A stretch of 64,000 nucleotides of DNA, from assembly GCA_030649055.1 (NCBI GenBank), contig JAUSGH010000019.1:1454-65453 (forward strand). Reading direction: 5' to 3'. How positions within the stretch are numbered: the stretch's first letter is position 1; every line of letters starts with the position of its first letter. Under the pieces are notes generated by a model. That model searched no databases, had not been told where the DNA came from, and was given only the letters and a program-made list of their open reading frames with translations. Origin of the DNA: a bacterium (lineage in GTDB: Bacteria > Patescibacteriota > Minisyncoccia > UBA6257 > JAUSGH01). Below, in pieces: positions 27,235 to 36,492 of the stretch. A program made the translations under genes and the position numbers.

Positions 27235-27984
27235 ATGATCAGGATGACCTATCCAAGGAAATTGTATTTAATAGCCCAAATTAAACTTTGGGGTATTCTT
27301 TTCGCAATGGTGGTTTTTTTGTATCTTGATCTCCGCTATTTTTTTAGCAACACAAGTTTTACCCTCAAAACCGTTGAACTACTTCTGGCTACGTTCATCG
27401 GTTATATTTTTTACCCAATACACTCGGCTTTTCAAAAAAGAGTTGACGAAATTCAAGAAAAAATCTTAATCGAAGCAGGTTCCGCAAAGTTGGGATTCAA
27501 GGGGGAAGACAAGGTTGCTGAATGGCTTGAAGAGTCGTTACCGACAGACAAGTATTCAATTTTACGAAACGTTACTTTACCCGAACATAAGTTTGACATT
27601 GATTTTGTTATCATCGGACCTCAAGGAGTCATTGTGTTGGAGGTCAAAAACTTTAGCGATCAGAGAACTTTTATTGAGGATGAATACTATCAGGTTAAAG
27701 ATGGACAGAGATACGTCTTGTCCGTCGATTTCGATCCTAGATTTCAGGTACAATTGCATGTTTATTATCTCAGAAAGTATTTGGAGGATAACGGGCTTCG
27801 CGACGTCAGAATTTTAAAAGCTATTGTTTTTCCTAAAAGCGACGCGGCAAATGTTATTGGAAGCGTTGGCGTCTATATCGCAAGCGGACTTGATGCGTTA
27901 AAGAGGTTTTTTGATGGTGCAACTTTTGACCCTAGATATACGTCGGAACTTCGATCAAGAATCAAAGCAGTTTTATCGAAATAA
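27235..27984 (+). CDS. membrane-anchored NERD (nuclease-related) domain protein, low-GC gene
   Basis: Two N-terminal TM segments, then GFKGEDKVAEWLEE...YSILRNVTLPEHKFDIDFVIIGPQGVIVLEVKN, the NERD pattern. GC is clearly lower than in neighbours. Confidence 0.6.
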   Translation: MIRMTYPRKLYLIAQIKLWGILFAMVVFLYLDLRYFFSNTSFTLKTVELLLATFIGYIFYPIHSAFQKRVDEIQEKILIEAGSAKLGFKGEDKVAEWLEESLPTDKYSILRNVTLPEHKFDIDFVIIGPQGVIVLEVKNFSDQRTFIEDEYYQVKDGQRYVLSVDFDPRFQVQLHVYYLRKYLEDNGLRDVRILKAIVFPKSDAANVIGSVGVYIASGLDALKRFFDGATFDPRYTSELRSRIKAVLSK

Positions 27985-28213
27985 GTTATACCCCTTATTC
28001 ACGCGCCTGCCCGCCGAAAGAGGGAATGGGTGAACGATATTTTTCCGCTTGCGTTTTTTTGAGAAAGTTTCGCGGAAATTTTATGCACACTCGCCGTGAA
28101 GAGCCGAGTGCTATACTAAAAGTAAGGAGAAATAAATTATTAATTAATTTAATCGAGACGAACTTCGAGGCTTCAGCGATGAAGTCTTGAATCATCTCTA
28201 GGGGCCAAAATAT

Positions 28214-30508
28214 ATGGCAAAAAAGTCGCTCACGAAAGCAAAGGTTTCAAAAAAGGTTGCGGTGTCGAAGGTGTTTCAGTTCACGCGAAAACGCGATGGC
28301 CGGATTGTTCCATTTGATCAAACGCGCATCACCGAAGCGTTATTGAAAGCGCTCCATGCCTCGGGCGAGGGTAATGGACGGGATGCAAAAAAGATTTCCG
28401 ACCGCGTGGTGAAAGTTCTGTTGAAAAAGTTTTCTCCAACCTATGTGTTGAGCATTGAAGAGATTCAGGATTCCGCGGAAAATGCCCTTATCCTCCTTGA
28501 TTACGCAAAAACCGCGAAGGCATATATTTTGTATCGTAAAGAACGCGAGCGGTTGCGCGAAGCGCGCAAAGAAGTGCCGGCGGCGGTGAAACAGCTGGTC
28601 GCCGCGAGTAAAAAGTATTTCAAAAATCCGCTGGCGGAGTTTGTATATTACCGCACCTATTCGCGCTGGATTGACGAAGATGGTCGCCGCGAGACTTGGA
28701 TTGAGACCGCGGGACGCTATATGGCTTTTATGAAGGAGAATTTGGGCGACAAGCTTTCCGAAAAAGAATATGGCGAAGTCCACGAGGCGATTTTGAACCA
28801 GCAGGCGATGCCGTCCATGCGTTTGTTGCAGTTCGCGGGCAAAGCCGCGCGGAAAACAAATGTCTGCGCCTATAATTGCTCGTTTATCGCGCCGACGCGT
28901 TTTGAAGATTTCGCCGAAATTGTCTATATCTCTATGTGCGGCACGGGTGTAGGGTTTTCCGTGGAGCATCAGAATGTGGAAAAACTTCCGCAAATTGAAC
29001 GGCAAACGGGCGAAAAACTTCCGGACTATGTGATTGAAGACAGCAAGGAAGGATGGGCGGATTCGCTACTTTTCGGCATGAAAACGTGGTTTGCCGGCAA
29101 GGACGTGGTGTTTGACTATTCTGGATTGCGTGCCGCGGGCGTACGGTTGAAAACCATGGGCGGACGATCATCCGGCCCCGCGCCGTTGCACGAACTACTG
29201 GACTTTACACGGCGGAAAATTTTGGCAAAACAGGGGCGACGGCTCGGGACGATTGATGTGCACGACATCATCTGCAAAATCGGCGAGATTGTGGTGTCGG
29301 GCGGCGTGCGCCGCAGTGCCTTGATTTCGCTTTCGGATTTGGACGATCCGGAAATGCGCGACGCGAAGAACGGCCAGTTTTATTTGACCGAACCCCAACG
29401 GAGCTTGGCGAATAACTCGGCGGTCTATAATGAAAAGCCGACCGCGAGCCAGTTTCTGGATGAATGGGTGTCGCTCGCGAAGAGCGGAACAGGGGAGCGC
29501 GGCATCTTTAACCGCGGAGGATTGCACACCATGCTTCCGAAGCGCCGCATTAAGGCGTTGAAGGGATATTTGGGTAACTTGGGTACTAATCCGTGCGGAG
29601 AAATTATTTTGCAGTCGCGGCAATTCTGCAACTTATCTGAAGTGGTGGCGCGCCCCGAAGACACCGAAGCGACGCTTTTGGAAAAAGTGCGCGTCGCGAC
29701 GATTGTGGGCACCTATCAGTCAACGCTCACGAATTTTGGCTATCTTTCCAAAGAGTGGAGGGAAAATTGCGAGGCGGAGCGTTTACTCGGCGTTTCGGTC
29801 ACCGGCCAGTGGGATTGCGAAGCGGCGCGTAACCCCGAAGTGCTTCGCAAGATGCGCGATACGGCAATCCGCGTCAATGAAGAATACGCGAAACGGTTTG
29901 GTGTCGGTGCGTCCACCTGTATCACGTGCGTGAAGCCGTCGGGCAATCTTTCACAAACTGTGGATGCCTCCTCCGGCATGCACACGCGCTATGCGGAGTA
30001 TTATATCCGCCGTGTGCGCATTTCGGCAACGGACAGTTTGTTCAAAATGCTCAAGGATCAGAAACTTCCGTATCATCCGGAAGTGGGGCAGTCGGCGGAC
30101 ACCGCCAATACATATGTCTTGGAGTTTCCGGTTAAGGCTCCCGAGGGAGCGGTGACGCGCAAAGATATCACCGCGCTTGTTCAGCTGGAACACTGGAAGC
30201 TCGTGAAGACTAACTACACCGAGCATAACCCTTCGGTCACGGTGTATGTTGCCGAAAACGAGTGGATCATGGTGGCGAACTGGTTGTATAACAATTGGGA
30301 ATACATCGGCGGCCTCTCGTTCTTGCCGAAGGACAACCACGTGTATGCCTTGGCGCCATACGAAGAAATTACCAAGGAGCGGTACGAGGAGCTTCTCGCG
30401 AAGTTCCCGGACGTTGATTTCTCGCAAATCTTTGTCTACGAGCATCAGGACGAAACGGAAAACGCGAAGGAGCTGGCGTGCGTGGCCGGTGTGTGCGAAA
30501 TTAGCTAG
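28214..30508 (+). CDS. nrdJ: class II (adenosylcobalamin-dependent) ribonucleotide reductase with N-terminal ATP-cone
   Basis: ATP-cone VFQFTRKRDGRIVPFDQTRITEALLKA. Monomeric RNR core with NPCGEI and a C-terminal CxxC. Confidence 0.8.
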   Translation: MAKKSLTKAKVSKKVAVSKVFQFTRKRDGRIVPFDQTRITEALLKALHASGEGNGRDAKKISDRVVKVLLKKFSPTYVLSIEEIQDSAENALILLDYAKTAKAYILYRKERERLREARKEVPAAVKQLVAASKKYFKNPLAEFVYYRTYSRWIDEDGRRETWIETAGRYMAFMKENLGDKLSEKEYGEVHEAILNQQAMPSMRLLQFAGKAARKTNVCAYNCSFIAPTRFEDFAEIVYISMCGTGVGFSVEHQNVEKLPQIERQTGEKLPDYVIEDSKEGWADSLLFGMKTWFAGKDVVFDYSGLRAAGVRLKTMGGRSSGPAPLHELLDFTRRKILAKQGRRLGTIDVHDIICKIGEIVVSGGVRRSALISLSDLDDPEMRDAKNGQFYLTEPQRSLANNSAVYNEKPTASQFLDEWVSLAKSGTGERGIFNRGGLHTMLPKRRIKALKGYLGNLGTNPCGEIILQSRQFCNLSEVVARPEDTEATLLEKVRVATIVGTYQSTLTNFGYLSKEWRENCEAERLLGVSVTGQWDCEAARNPEVLRKMRDTAIRVNEEYAKRFGVGASTCITCVKPSGNLSQTVDASSGMHTRYAEYYIRRVRISATDSLFKMLKDQKLPYHPEVGQSADTANTYVLEFPVKAPEGAVTRKDITALVQLEHWKLVKTNYTEHNPSVTVYVAENEWIMVANWLYNNWEYIGGLSFLPKDNHVYALAPYEEITKERYEELLAKFPDVDFSQIFVYEHQDETENAKELACVAGVCEIS

Positions 30509-30632
30509 GCGCAGAAACAAAAAATGCGCGATTGCTGCGTTGCTCTTCGTCGGAGTACCTCAGTGGGTACACCTTCTCGGAGCGCTCAAGCACCTCGCGC
30601 ATTTTTTGTTTTTGCGTTATCTGTCACTGTTA

Positions 30633-31070
30633 TTACTGTCCTATCGTTTCGTCTTCTGCTTGTTCCTCCGGTTTGATTGTTTTGATGAGCTCCTCCATGA
30701 GTTCGTTGTGCCGTTCCGTCAGCCACGCAAAAAATTCTCCCGCGGTTGTGTTCGGCAGTTTTCCTTTGTATTCGTTCAGCGCTCCGCGTAAATCCCTTGC
30801 CGCCGCTTTTCGCGGCGGTTCTGGAGATTGATACGTCGCGAGTCCGTTCAAGAGTTCGTCGAATGTTGCAGAGGTTTCGGATTTGCCGGACTTGAACAGG
30901 TCATTTAACACGTCTTGCATTCCGCGGATTTTGGAAATTTCAAGCTTGAGCTCCTGAATTTTATGAATGCGGTCGCGTTCCAGCATCTCGTAAAATTCTT
31001 TTTCCATTTCGCCCGGCGTTCCGCCCTTGTCGGGATCCGGCGCGCCTTCGAATGTCGGGTTACCTTCCAT
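30633..31070 (-). CDS. hypothetical acidic helical protein (third of a three-gene array)
   Basis: 145-aa ORF. Its start lies 3 nt from the stop of the upstream gene. Confidence 0.45.
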   Translation of the reverse strand: MEGNPTFEGAPDPDKGGTPGEMEKEFYEMLERDRIHKIQELKLEISKIRGMQDVLNDLFKSGKSETSATFDELLNGLATYQSPEPPRKAAARDLRGALNEYKGKLPNTTAGEFFAWLTERHNELMEELIKTIKPEEQAEDETIGQ

Positions 31071-31072
31071 GG

Positions 31073-31579
31073 TTATTCTTGGTGTTCCTGTTCCCGCATC
31101 TTTTTTATTTTCTTTTCGTTTTCATCAAGCTGAGCTTGAAGTAAGTCGTATAATTCGCCGATGTGTTTTGCTTCGGACGGCATAAATTTTTCATCTTTCA
31201 GCTTACTTATCATTGCCGAGATGTTGTTCCCTCCCTCATAATTGTGGCGACCATCTATTTCTTCCGCCGCGTCGCGTCCGGCGAATTCAATAAGGTCATA
31301 AATGGTTGAGAATTGATCAAGATGACGGCCGGGTTCTTTACCAACGGCGTGGCGCGAGAGCATTCCACCGATCCAATCCAGGAACCGCTTAGTTTCTTTA
31401 ATGTACGCCGTGTATTCCGTGCCTCTTTGCTCAAATTCGTCTATTTCGGCGTGAAGTCGCGCGTCTTCTTTGCGCGCCTGCCATTCGTCACCCGGTCCCG
31501 TAAATTGTGGTCTTTCCGTCGGCATAAATATTTCCTGAGCTTGTCGAAGGATTACATTACCCCCTTGCCTCACGCGCAA
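31073..31579 (-). CDS. hypothetical acidic protein (alternative start MPTERPQF at 31525)
   Basis: 168-aa ORF tightly packed with its neighbours. Confidence 0.45.
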   Translation of the reverse strand: MRVRQGGNVILRQAQEIFMPTERPQFTGPGDEWQARKEDARLHAEIDEFEQRGTEYTAYIKETKRFLDWIGGMLSRHAVGKEPGRHLDQFSTIYDLIEFAGRDAAEEIDGRHNYEGGNNISAMISKLKDEKFMPSEAKHIGELYDLLQAQLDENEKKIKKMREQEHQE

Positions 31580-31937
31580 GTTTAGCCATGCGCTCGTATC
31601 CGTCGCTTAATGCGTCAATAATTTCTTGCACTGTTTGCGCTTCGGGCGGAACAATATCCTTGTTTGCAAAGCGTTCGCGCATTTCTTCAAGTTTTGCGGC
31701 GCCTTCAATGTCGCCCTGCTCCTCGGCTGCTTGCTGATCGTGTGTTATCGCGGCGGCAAAATTCTCACGCCGTGACTCATCATCAAGCGGCTGTTCGGCG
31801 TCTTCTCCCGCATGGCGCGCCATAAACGGTTCCAGCCAATTTTTCATGGAGCGAAGCAAAATTGCCCGTTCCAATAACTTGTCCACGGATAACGGCTCGT
31901 TTTCGCGTTGTTCTTCGCCTTGATGTTCAAAATTCAT
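31557..31937 (-). CDS. hypothetical acidic protein (first of the array)
   Basis: Upstream part of the 340-aa track ORF is antisense to 32037..32555, so the plausible start is MNFEHQGEE at 31937. Confidence 0.4.
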   Translation of the reverse strand: MNFEHQGEEQRENEPLSVDKLLERAILLRSMKNWLEPFMARHAGEDAEQPLDDESRRENFAAAITHDQQAAEEQGDIEGAAKLEEMRERFANKDIVPPEAQTVQEIIDALSDGYERMAKLAREARG

Positions 31938-32096
31938 ATGTTGAGAATAAAATAATTTCGCGGGGAATTTCCCCGCGTTAGATCGACGATGAAGCGAACC
32001 TATGTTTAGTATATCACGTCGCAAATTTTTTCGCTGTTGAAAACTCGGCGCAGTTGGTCTATAGTATCCGCAGAGGTTCGTTTCGGAGGAAGGATA

Positions 32097-32555
32097 ATGA
32101 AGATTCCGTATGTGAATCGAAAGAAACAGACGCCGCAGGCATTGGAGGCGCAGCTTGTCGAAATGAGCGACGCGCGAGATGAGCCCATGCTTGCAAAGTC
32201 CGGTCTTCTCCAATGGAGTCCGGATCATGAACGGCTCGCGCGGCTTATCCTGGACTACTGCGTCGGGGCGCGCGGCTGGAAAACCTTCACGATGCGGCAG
32301 GCGAAGAAGTTCGCGGGAATGCACAGCGACAATCTTCCGCACTTTGTACGCGCGGGACTGCTGGTTGAGGCCGACGGGCGATACCTCATAACCGACGTGC
32401 TCATCCTTTGGTTTGCCGAGCATCTTCGGAAGCCCGAGGAGCGCGCGCAGTCGGTATGGAGACGCATCGCTGGCGTGCTCAACAATCATGAGCACATTCT
32501 CTACTTCTACGACCACAAACTGTGGTTTGTGAAAGAGGGATTGGACGAGCAATAG
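32097..32555 (+). CDS. hypothetical protein, divergent from the acidic-protein array
   Basis: ORF 32037..32555, likely start MKIPYVNRKKQ. Followed by a strong terminator. Confidence 0.45.
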   Translation: MKIPYVNRKKQTPQALEAQLVEMSDARDEPMLAKSGLLQWSPDHERLARLILDYCVGARGWKTFTMRQAKKFAGMHSDNLPHFVRAGLLVEADGRYLITDVLILWFAEHLRKPEERAQSVWRRIAGVLNNHEHILYFYDHKLWFVKEGLDEQ

Positions 32556-32592
32556 ACGGTGGTCGCCAAAGGCGACCACCGTCTACCATTTT
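32554..32592. terminator. bidirectional terminator AGACGGTGGTCGCC-aaa-GGCGACCACCGTCT
   Basis: Perfect 14-bp palindrome between convergent genes. Confidence 0.65.
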
Positions 32593-32875
32593 ATTTCCTC
32601 CGTCGTTTCCCGACCATCGTCCCGATAACTCCTCCGATAACCGCCGCGCCGACATTGAACATTCCCAGCAGGATGACGAGTGCCGGAAGCAGAGCAATGA
32701 TGCCAAGCCCAACATCCTTCGGATTACTGGAAAGGTAAAGCCCAAGTGAGAGCGCGGCAATGCCCGCGCCAGCGAGTAGCGACACAAACAAAAAGATAAA
32801 GCGTTTCGTAAAAAACCCGATCGCAAACCCGATCGCGAACGATACGCCGATGAGCAGTTTAAAGAGTTGGTTCAT
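32591..32875 (-). CDS. small membrane protein (3 TM)
   Basis: 94 aa, hydrophobic, basic C-terminus KRRRK. Confidence 0.5.
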   Translation of the reverse strand: MNQLFKLLIGVSFAIGFAIGFFTKRFIFLFVSLLAGAGIAALSLGLYLSSNPKDVGLGIIALLPALVILLGMFNVGAAVIGGVIGTMVGKRRRK

Positions 32876-32961
32876 ATAGTACTACTATTGTACCATTGCG
32901 CGGGCATTTGAAAATTGCCGCGTATTTTGTTATAGTCGTTCTAGCGTCATAAACAACGCAT

Positions 32962-33240
32962 TCCCCGGTAGCTCAGCGGTAGAGCGGCGCCCTGTAAGCA
33001 ATTTGCAGCTTTCCGTCGAAAGGCGGATTGAAAAATTTCGGGATAACGGTGAAACCCTCGCAGTGCGGGGGCAATACCGTGGGAACTCCGACGCGAGGTC
33101 GGAGGCACCGTAGAGACTAGATACCGAAATCCCTAACATCCGACATTTGTTGGATCACGGGAGTGATATAGTCCACCCCTATTAGTAATAGTAGGACAAG
33201 TGTAAGGCGAAGGTCCCAGGTTCGATCCCTGGCCGGGGAG
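32962..33240 (+). tRNA. tRNA interrupted by ~207-nt group I intron in the anticodon loop. Anticodon most consistently UGU (Thr), with GUA the alternative.
   Basis: 5' half TCCCCGG-TA-GCTC-AGCGGTA-GAGC-G-GCGCC-CT at 32962-32993. 3' half TGTAA-GGCGA-AGGTC-CCAGG-TTCGATC-CCTGG-CCGGGGA-G at 33201-33240. 7-bp acceptor, U8, A14, G18G19, TTCGATC T-loop. Confidence 0.8.
32994..33200 (+). mobile_element. compact group I intron in tRNA anticodon loop
   Basis: R-like CCGTAGAGACTAGATA and S-like GTGATATAGTCCAC core elements. The 5' exon ends in U and the intron ends in G at 33200. TGTAAG is duplicated at both junctions, so boundaries are uncertain by a few nt. Confidence 0.65.
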
Positions 33241-33280
33241 CAAAAACAAAAATACCCATATACGGGTATTTTTGTTTTTG
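33241..33280 (+). terminator. long AT-rich palindrome AAAAACAAAAATACCC-atatac-GGGTATTTTTGTTTTT after the tRNA
   Basis: Perfect ~16-bp stem. Confidence 0.6.
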
Positions 33281-33355
33281 CGACCGGCAGGGATTGAACG
33301 GGAAGGGGTCGGGAAAACGCGGTCGCGGAATGTGATACAATAAAATAATAATCAT

Positions 33356-34978
33356 ATGAAAAAAGTTTTTATCGGTTTGGGTGTGCTCATTGTTGGCGCG
33401 GTTGCGCTGGTGTCAACAAATCCTAGCGGTATATTTACGCCATGGTTGGCAAAAATTTCGCGCGGTCCGGAGATGAGCGGGTTGGCGACGCAAAAAGGAG
33501 ACAAAAACATTCCGTATAGCGCGATCTTTACTGTGGTTCCGCCGAAGCCGGTTATCGCGCGCCAGGTATCAAAGCTGATAATTGCCCGATTAGGAGGCGC
33601 GCTCACCGTCACCGATGCAAAAGGCGTAGTGGCAACGCTTGTCGTTCCCGCGGGCGCCGTGAAGCGTGACACCACCATCACCATGGCGCCGCTCCAGGAA
33701 GTGCCGATAGCGAATTTTACCGATGCGTTTAGTAACGGAGTAGTTATTGAACCCGCGGGTTTGCAATTTGAAAAAAATGTGCAACTGACGTTTGACTATA
33801 AGCCGACAGCATCGGCAAGTCGCGCAAGCGTTAATCCGTATCTAGCACAAGTGTTGGCGCTCACGAGCGAGGAGGAAGACCGGGCGCTGTATGAAAAATT
33901 CAAAAATCAGACACCGGAAGAAAACGAAAAATACATGAATGACTTGTTCGGCGACGCGATCCAGAAATTAGAAAAAGCCGGATTTCCCGTGAATGCAGTC
34001 CCTGCGAAGGCGCCGGCGGTAAGCGCTCCTCAACCGAGCAGCTTCAGCAACGGTACAAAAGGATCAAAAAACACATTACCTAAAAAACTTGCCGTTATTC
34101 ACGTTGACCATAATACCGGGCGTGTGAATGTCGCGGAAACTACTCATTCGGTATATGGCTCCAAAATCACCGCGACTGTCCGCAGTTTAAGTTCTTTTCC
34201 TACGGTTGATATGGGCGGACCGGCGGGACCCGGACTTGGGCAAAATGATTTGCAAAATGGCGCGGCTGATGCGGGGGGAGCGTGCACTCCATCATTTATC
34301 AACGCCATGCTTAGGGTGGCTTCTTGGCAGATGGCAACCGGTGCCGGCGGCGAAGCTACGGCTATGCAAGCCGTAGAAGATTGCGGCAGGAGCGCGTTTG
34401 AAGAGATGAAACAACGCTGTGAAGCTGATCCCCAGCATGTCACTCGTCGCGAAATGCTCGGGCTTATTCAGCTACTTCAACAACTCGGCGTTGAGCCGGA
34501 AGCGGAGCAGTCAATGGAATTGATGCAAACCTGTAAACGCATTTATTCTGTCTATGCGAACGTGGATGTGCCGGTCCCCGAAGGCAAATCAACGTATGGA
34601 ATAAACGCTCAGCTCTGCGGGTACTTGGATGAACAGTGGGTTGGAACGGAAATCGCGGATTATACGATTTATTTGACTGAAGGTTGGACCGAGCAAGTGT
34701 ATACGGGGGATATCCGATTTACGCTTCCACATGGTGGCGGACAATTCCAAACAGTAACGCGCGGTAATGTCTTGGTCACGGGTCGTGTTCCAAGAATCAA
34801 TGTGCCGGAGACGGTTATGTCGGTTGAGGGCGATGGACAAATTGGTAACTACGACGGCAATAAGCAGGTAACAATTTTTTATAGTATGTTCGGACATGTA
34901 GATGTGCCGATGACGATTGAGATAACAAAGCAACAATGCGAAAGCACAAACGAAGTACTGGAACAATCCGGAATGTAG
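33356..34978 (+). CDS. hypothetical secreted protein (540 aa)
   Basis: N-terminal signal/anchor MKKVFIGLGVLIVGAVALV. No recognisable catalytic motif. Confidence 0.5.
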   Translation: MKKVFIGLGVLIVGAVALVSTNPSGIFTPWLAKISRGPEMSGLATQKGDKNIPYSAIFTVVPPKPVIARQVSKLIIARLGGALTVTDAKGVVATLVVPAGAVKRDTTITMAPLQEVPIANFTDAFSNGVVIEPAGLQFEKNVQLTFDYKPTASASRASVNPYLAQVLALTSEEEDRALYEKFKNQTPEENEKYMNDLFGDAIQKLEKAGFPVNAVPAKAPAVSAPQPSSFSNGTKGSKNTLPKKLAVIHVDHNTGRVNVAETTHSVYGSKITATVRSLSSFPTVDMGGPAGPGLGQNDLQNGAADAGGACTPSFINAMLRVASWQMATGAGGEATAMQAVEDCGRSAFEEMKQRCEADPQHVTRREMLGLIQLLQQLGVEPEAEQSMELMQTCKRIYSVYANVDVPVPEGKSTYGINAQLCGYLDEQWVGTEIADYTIYLTEGWTEQVYTGDIRFTLPHGGGQFQTVTRGNVLVTGRVPRINVPETVMSVEGDGQIGNYDGNKQVTIFYSMFGHVDVPMTIEITKQQCESTNEVLEQSGM

Positions 34979-34979
34979 T

Positions 34980-35519
34980 ATGAGCGGTATAAAAAACAAC
35001 ATTATTGCCGTGGCGCTCGCGATAACCGTCGCAATTCCGGTTATTTCTTTTGGCGCAACAGAGCCGGAAGTAACACCAAGAAGCATCTTTGCTTTTTTTG
35101 ACGCTGCCGTAAAAAAGATATCACGTTTTTTTTCGGCGTTGTCGCGAAGCGAAAAGGTTGCGCCAAAAACCGAACAAGCAAAGCCGGAGACGACGGAGAA
35201 AAAAATTCCGGAATCGGCGTTGGAGAAAAGACTGAAAAATGATCCGGAGTATGGCCGGGTATTTCAAAAGTTAAATCCCGAAGACAAGTTGCGGGCGCAA
35301 AACGTTCGCACTATTGAAGATCGGCCCGTTTCGCCGCTTGAACAATTACCCAGTAACCGCTTCCCGATTTTTGAAGCGCCGGCATCAGGCGTTGTGTTGC
35401 CGAACTGTCTTTCGTCCGGAACCGTGTGCGCCGCAAACGGTAAAACCTATGTGAACGCTTGTTTGCCCGAACAGGCGAAGGTGGCAATTGCTCATGCGGG
35501 CCCGTGCGGAGCGCGATAG
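34980..35519 (+). CDS. secreted protein with C-terminal Kazal-type protease-inhibitor domain
   Basis: Signal peptide, then LPNCLSSGTVCAANGKTYVNACLPEQAKVAIAHAGPCG with Kazal-like Cys spacing and the Y-x-N-x-C core. Confidence 0.55.
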   Translation: MSGIKNNIIAVALAITVAIPVISFGATEPEVTPRSIFAFFDAAVKKISRFFSALSRSEKVAPKTEQAKPETTEKKIPESALEKRLKNDPEYGRVFQKLNPEDKLRAQNVRTIEDRPVSPLEQLPSNRFPIFEAPASGVVLPNCLSSGTVCAANGKTYVNACLPEQAKVAIAHAGPCGAR

Positions 35520-35536
35520 CAACGAATTAATGCGAC

Positions 35537-36292
35537 GTGTTTATGAAAAAGATTTTGAAAATCATCGGTGCGCTCATATTGTTTTTGCTATTGGGCATGC
35601 TCCTTCTTTTTATTGCAGCCCGGAAAGCGTCACCTCCGCAGATTGTTGCTAATTTCACCGAACTCGACAAAATAGAAAAAATCTCAAAATATCGAAGTTG
35701 CGCCGGACATACTACTGTTCCGCAAGACGAACGCGAGATGCGGCGGAGCATGAAGCACTATTTTTCGGTGAAGCCGGAATATCTTGGCGGCAACACGGTC
35801 AATATTTATGCTCCGTATGACGGTTTTGTCGCCGTTACTCGCGAAGACCGCGCGGATGGCTTGGAGGGGGAGATCTGGATTGTGCCAAATGATATATATG
35901 TAATGCTTCCTCCAATATGGAGATGGAGTTTTAGCGTTCAGCACATCAATATACGCGAAGGATTAAAACGAGGGAGCGAGGTGAGGGCGGGTGAGCTTAT
36001 CGGTTACGCGGCAGTTGCCGGCGGAAACAGGAATACGTTTGATGTCGTTTACGCCAAAGGAAGCCCGATCCCCAAACGCATAGATAATTGGATGGGGCCG
36101 TTTAGTGATTTGGACTCTGTGTTTAATCACATGTCGGAAGATGTTTTCGCGCAATATCAAGCAAGGGGGATTGAGTCAAAAGAAGATTTTCTGATTACTA
36201 AAGAGGAAAGGGATCTGAATCCGTGTACATACAAGGATGACGGCCCGTATTTCCTTAATCAGGATGATTCCAAAAATTGGGTTGTGTTTTGA
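35537..36292 (+). CDS. membrane-anchored hypothetical protein (possible degenerate LytM/M23-like fold, weak)
   Basis: N-terminal TM. VRAGELIGYAAVAGGNRNTFDVVYAKG resembles the M23 G-x-IG-x-G-xTG-STGPHLHFE region but lacks the His residues. Confidence 0.35.
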   Translation: MFMKKILKIIGALILFLLLGMLLLFIAARKASPPQIVANFTELDKIEKISKYRSCAGHTTVPQDEREMRRSMKHYFSVKPEYLGGNTVNIYAPYDGFVAVTREDRADGLEGEIWIVPNDIYVMLPPIWRWSFSVQHINIREGLKRGSEVRAGELIGYAAVAGGNRNTFDVVYAKGSPIPKRIDNWMGPFSDLDSVFNHMSEDVFAQYQARGIESKEDFLITKEERDLNPCTYKDDGPYFLNQDDSKNWVVF

Positions 36293-36492
36293 TTCCGGAA
36301 CATAGTTCTATGTTATAATTGAGCCATGGCTTTGAATTACAAAACTCCAATTTCAATGCTTTTGTGCAAATTTCGACTACAGCGTGCGATAAAAAACTTA
36401 CGAGATACTAGTGTATATCGTTCATTTTTTCTCGCCCGCTTCGCTCGAAATTATCTACAAAATCATTTGAAAGGAGTTTCGTAACTCAAAGC

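Noticed and set aside
27985-28213. Possible cobalamin riboswitch or NrdR box upstream of nrdJ
   Set aside because: No recognisable B12-box (rAGYCMGgAgaCCkGCc-type) or acaCwAtATaTwGtgt NrdR palindrome. Only a small local hairpin.
28340-30520. Minus-strand ORFs 28340..29005 and 29951..30520 inside nrdJ
   Set aside because: Antisense artefacts within a 764-aa gene with a clear ATP-cone and RNR core.
32962-33240. Reading the tRNA as tRNA-Tyr(GUA) from the literal 5' loop CUGUAAG
   Set aside because: It would need a long variable arm (absent). It leaves a 6-nt loop after any G-terminated intron excision. It does not place a U at the 5' splice site. UGU (Thr) satisfies all three conditions.
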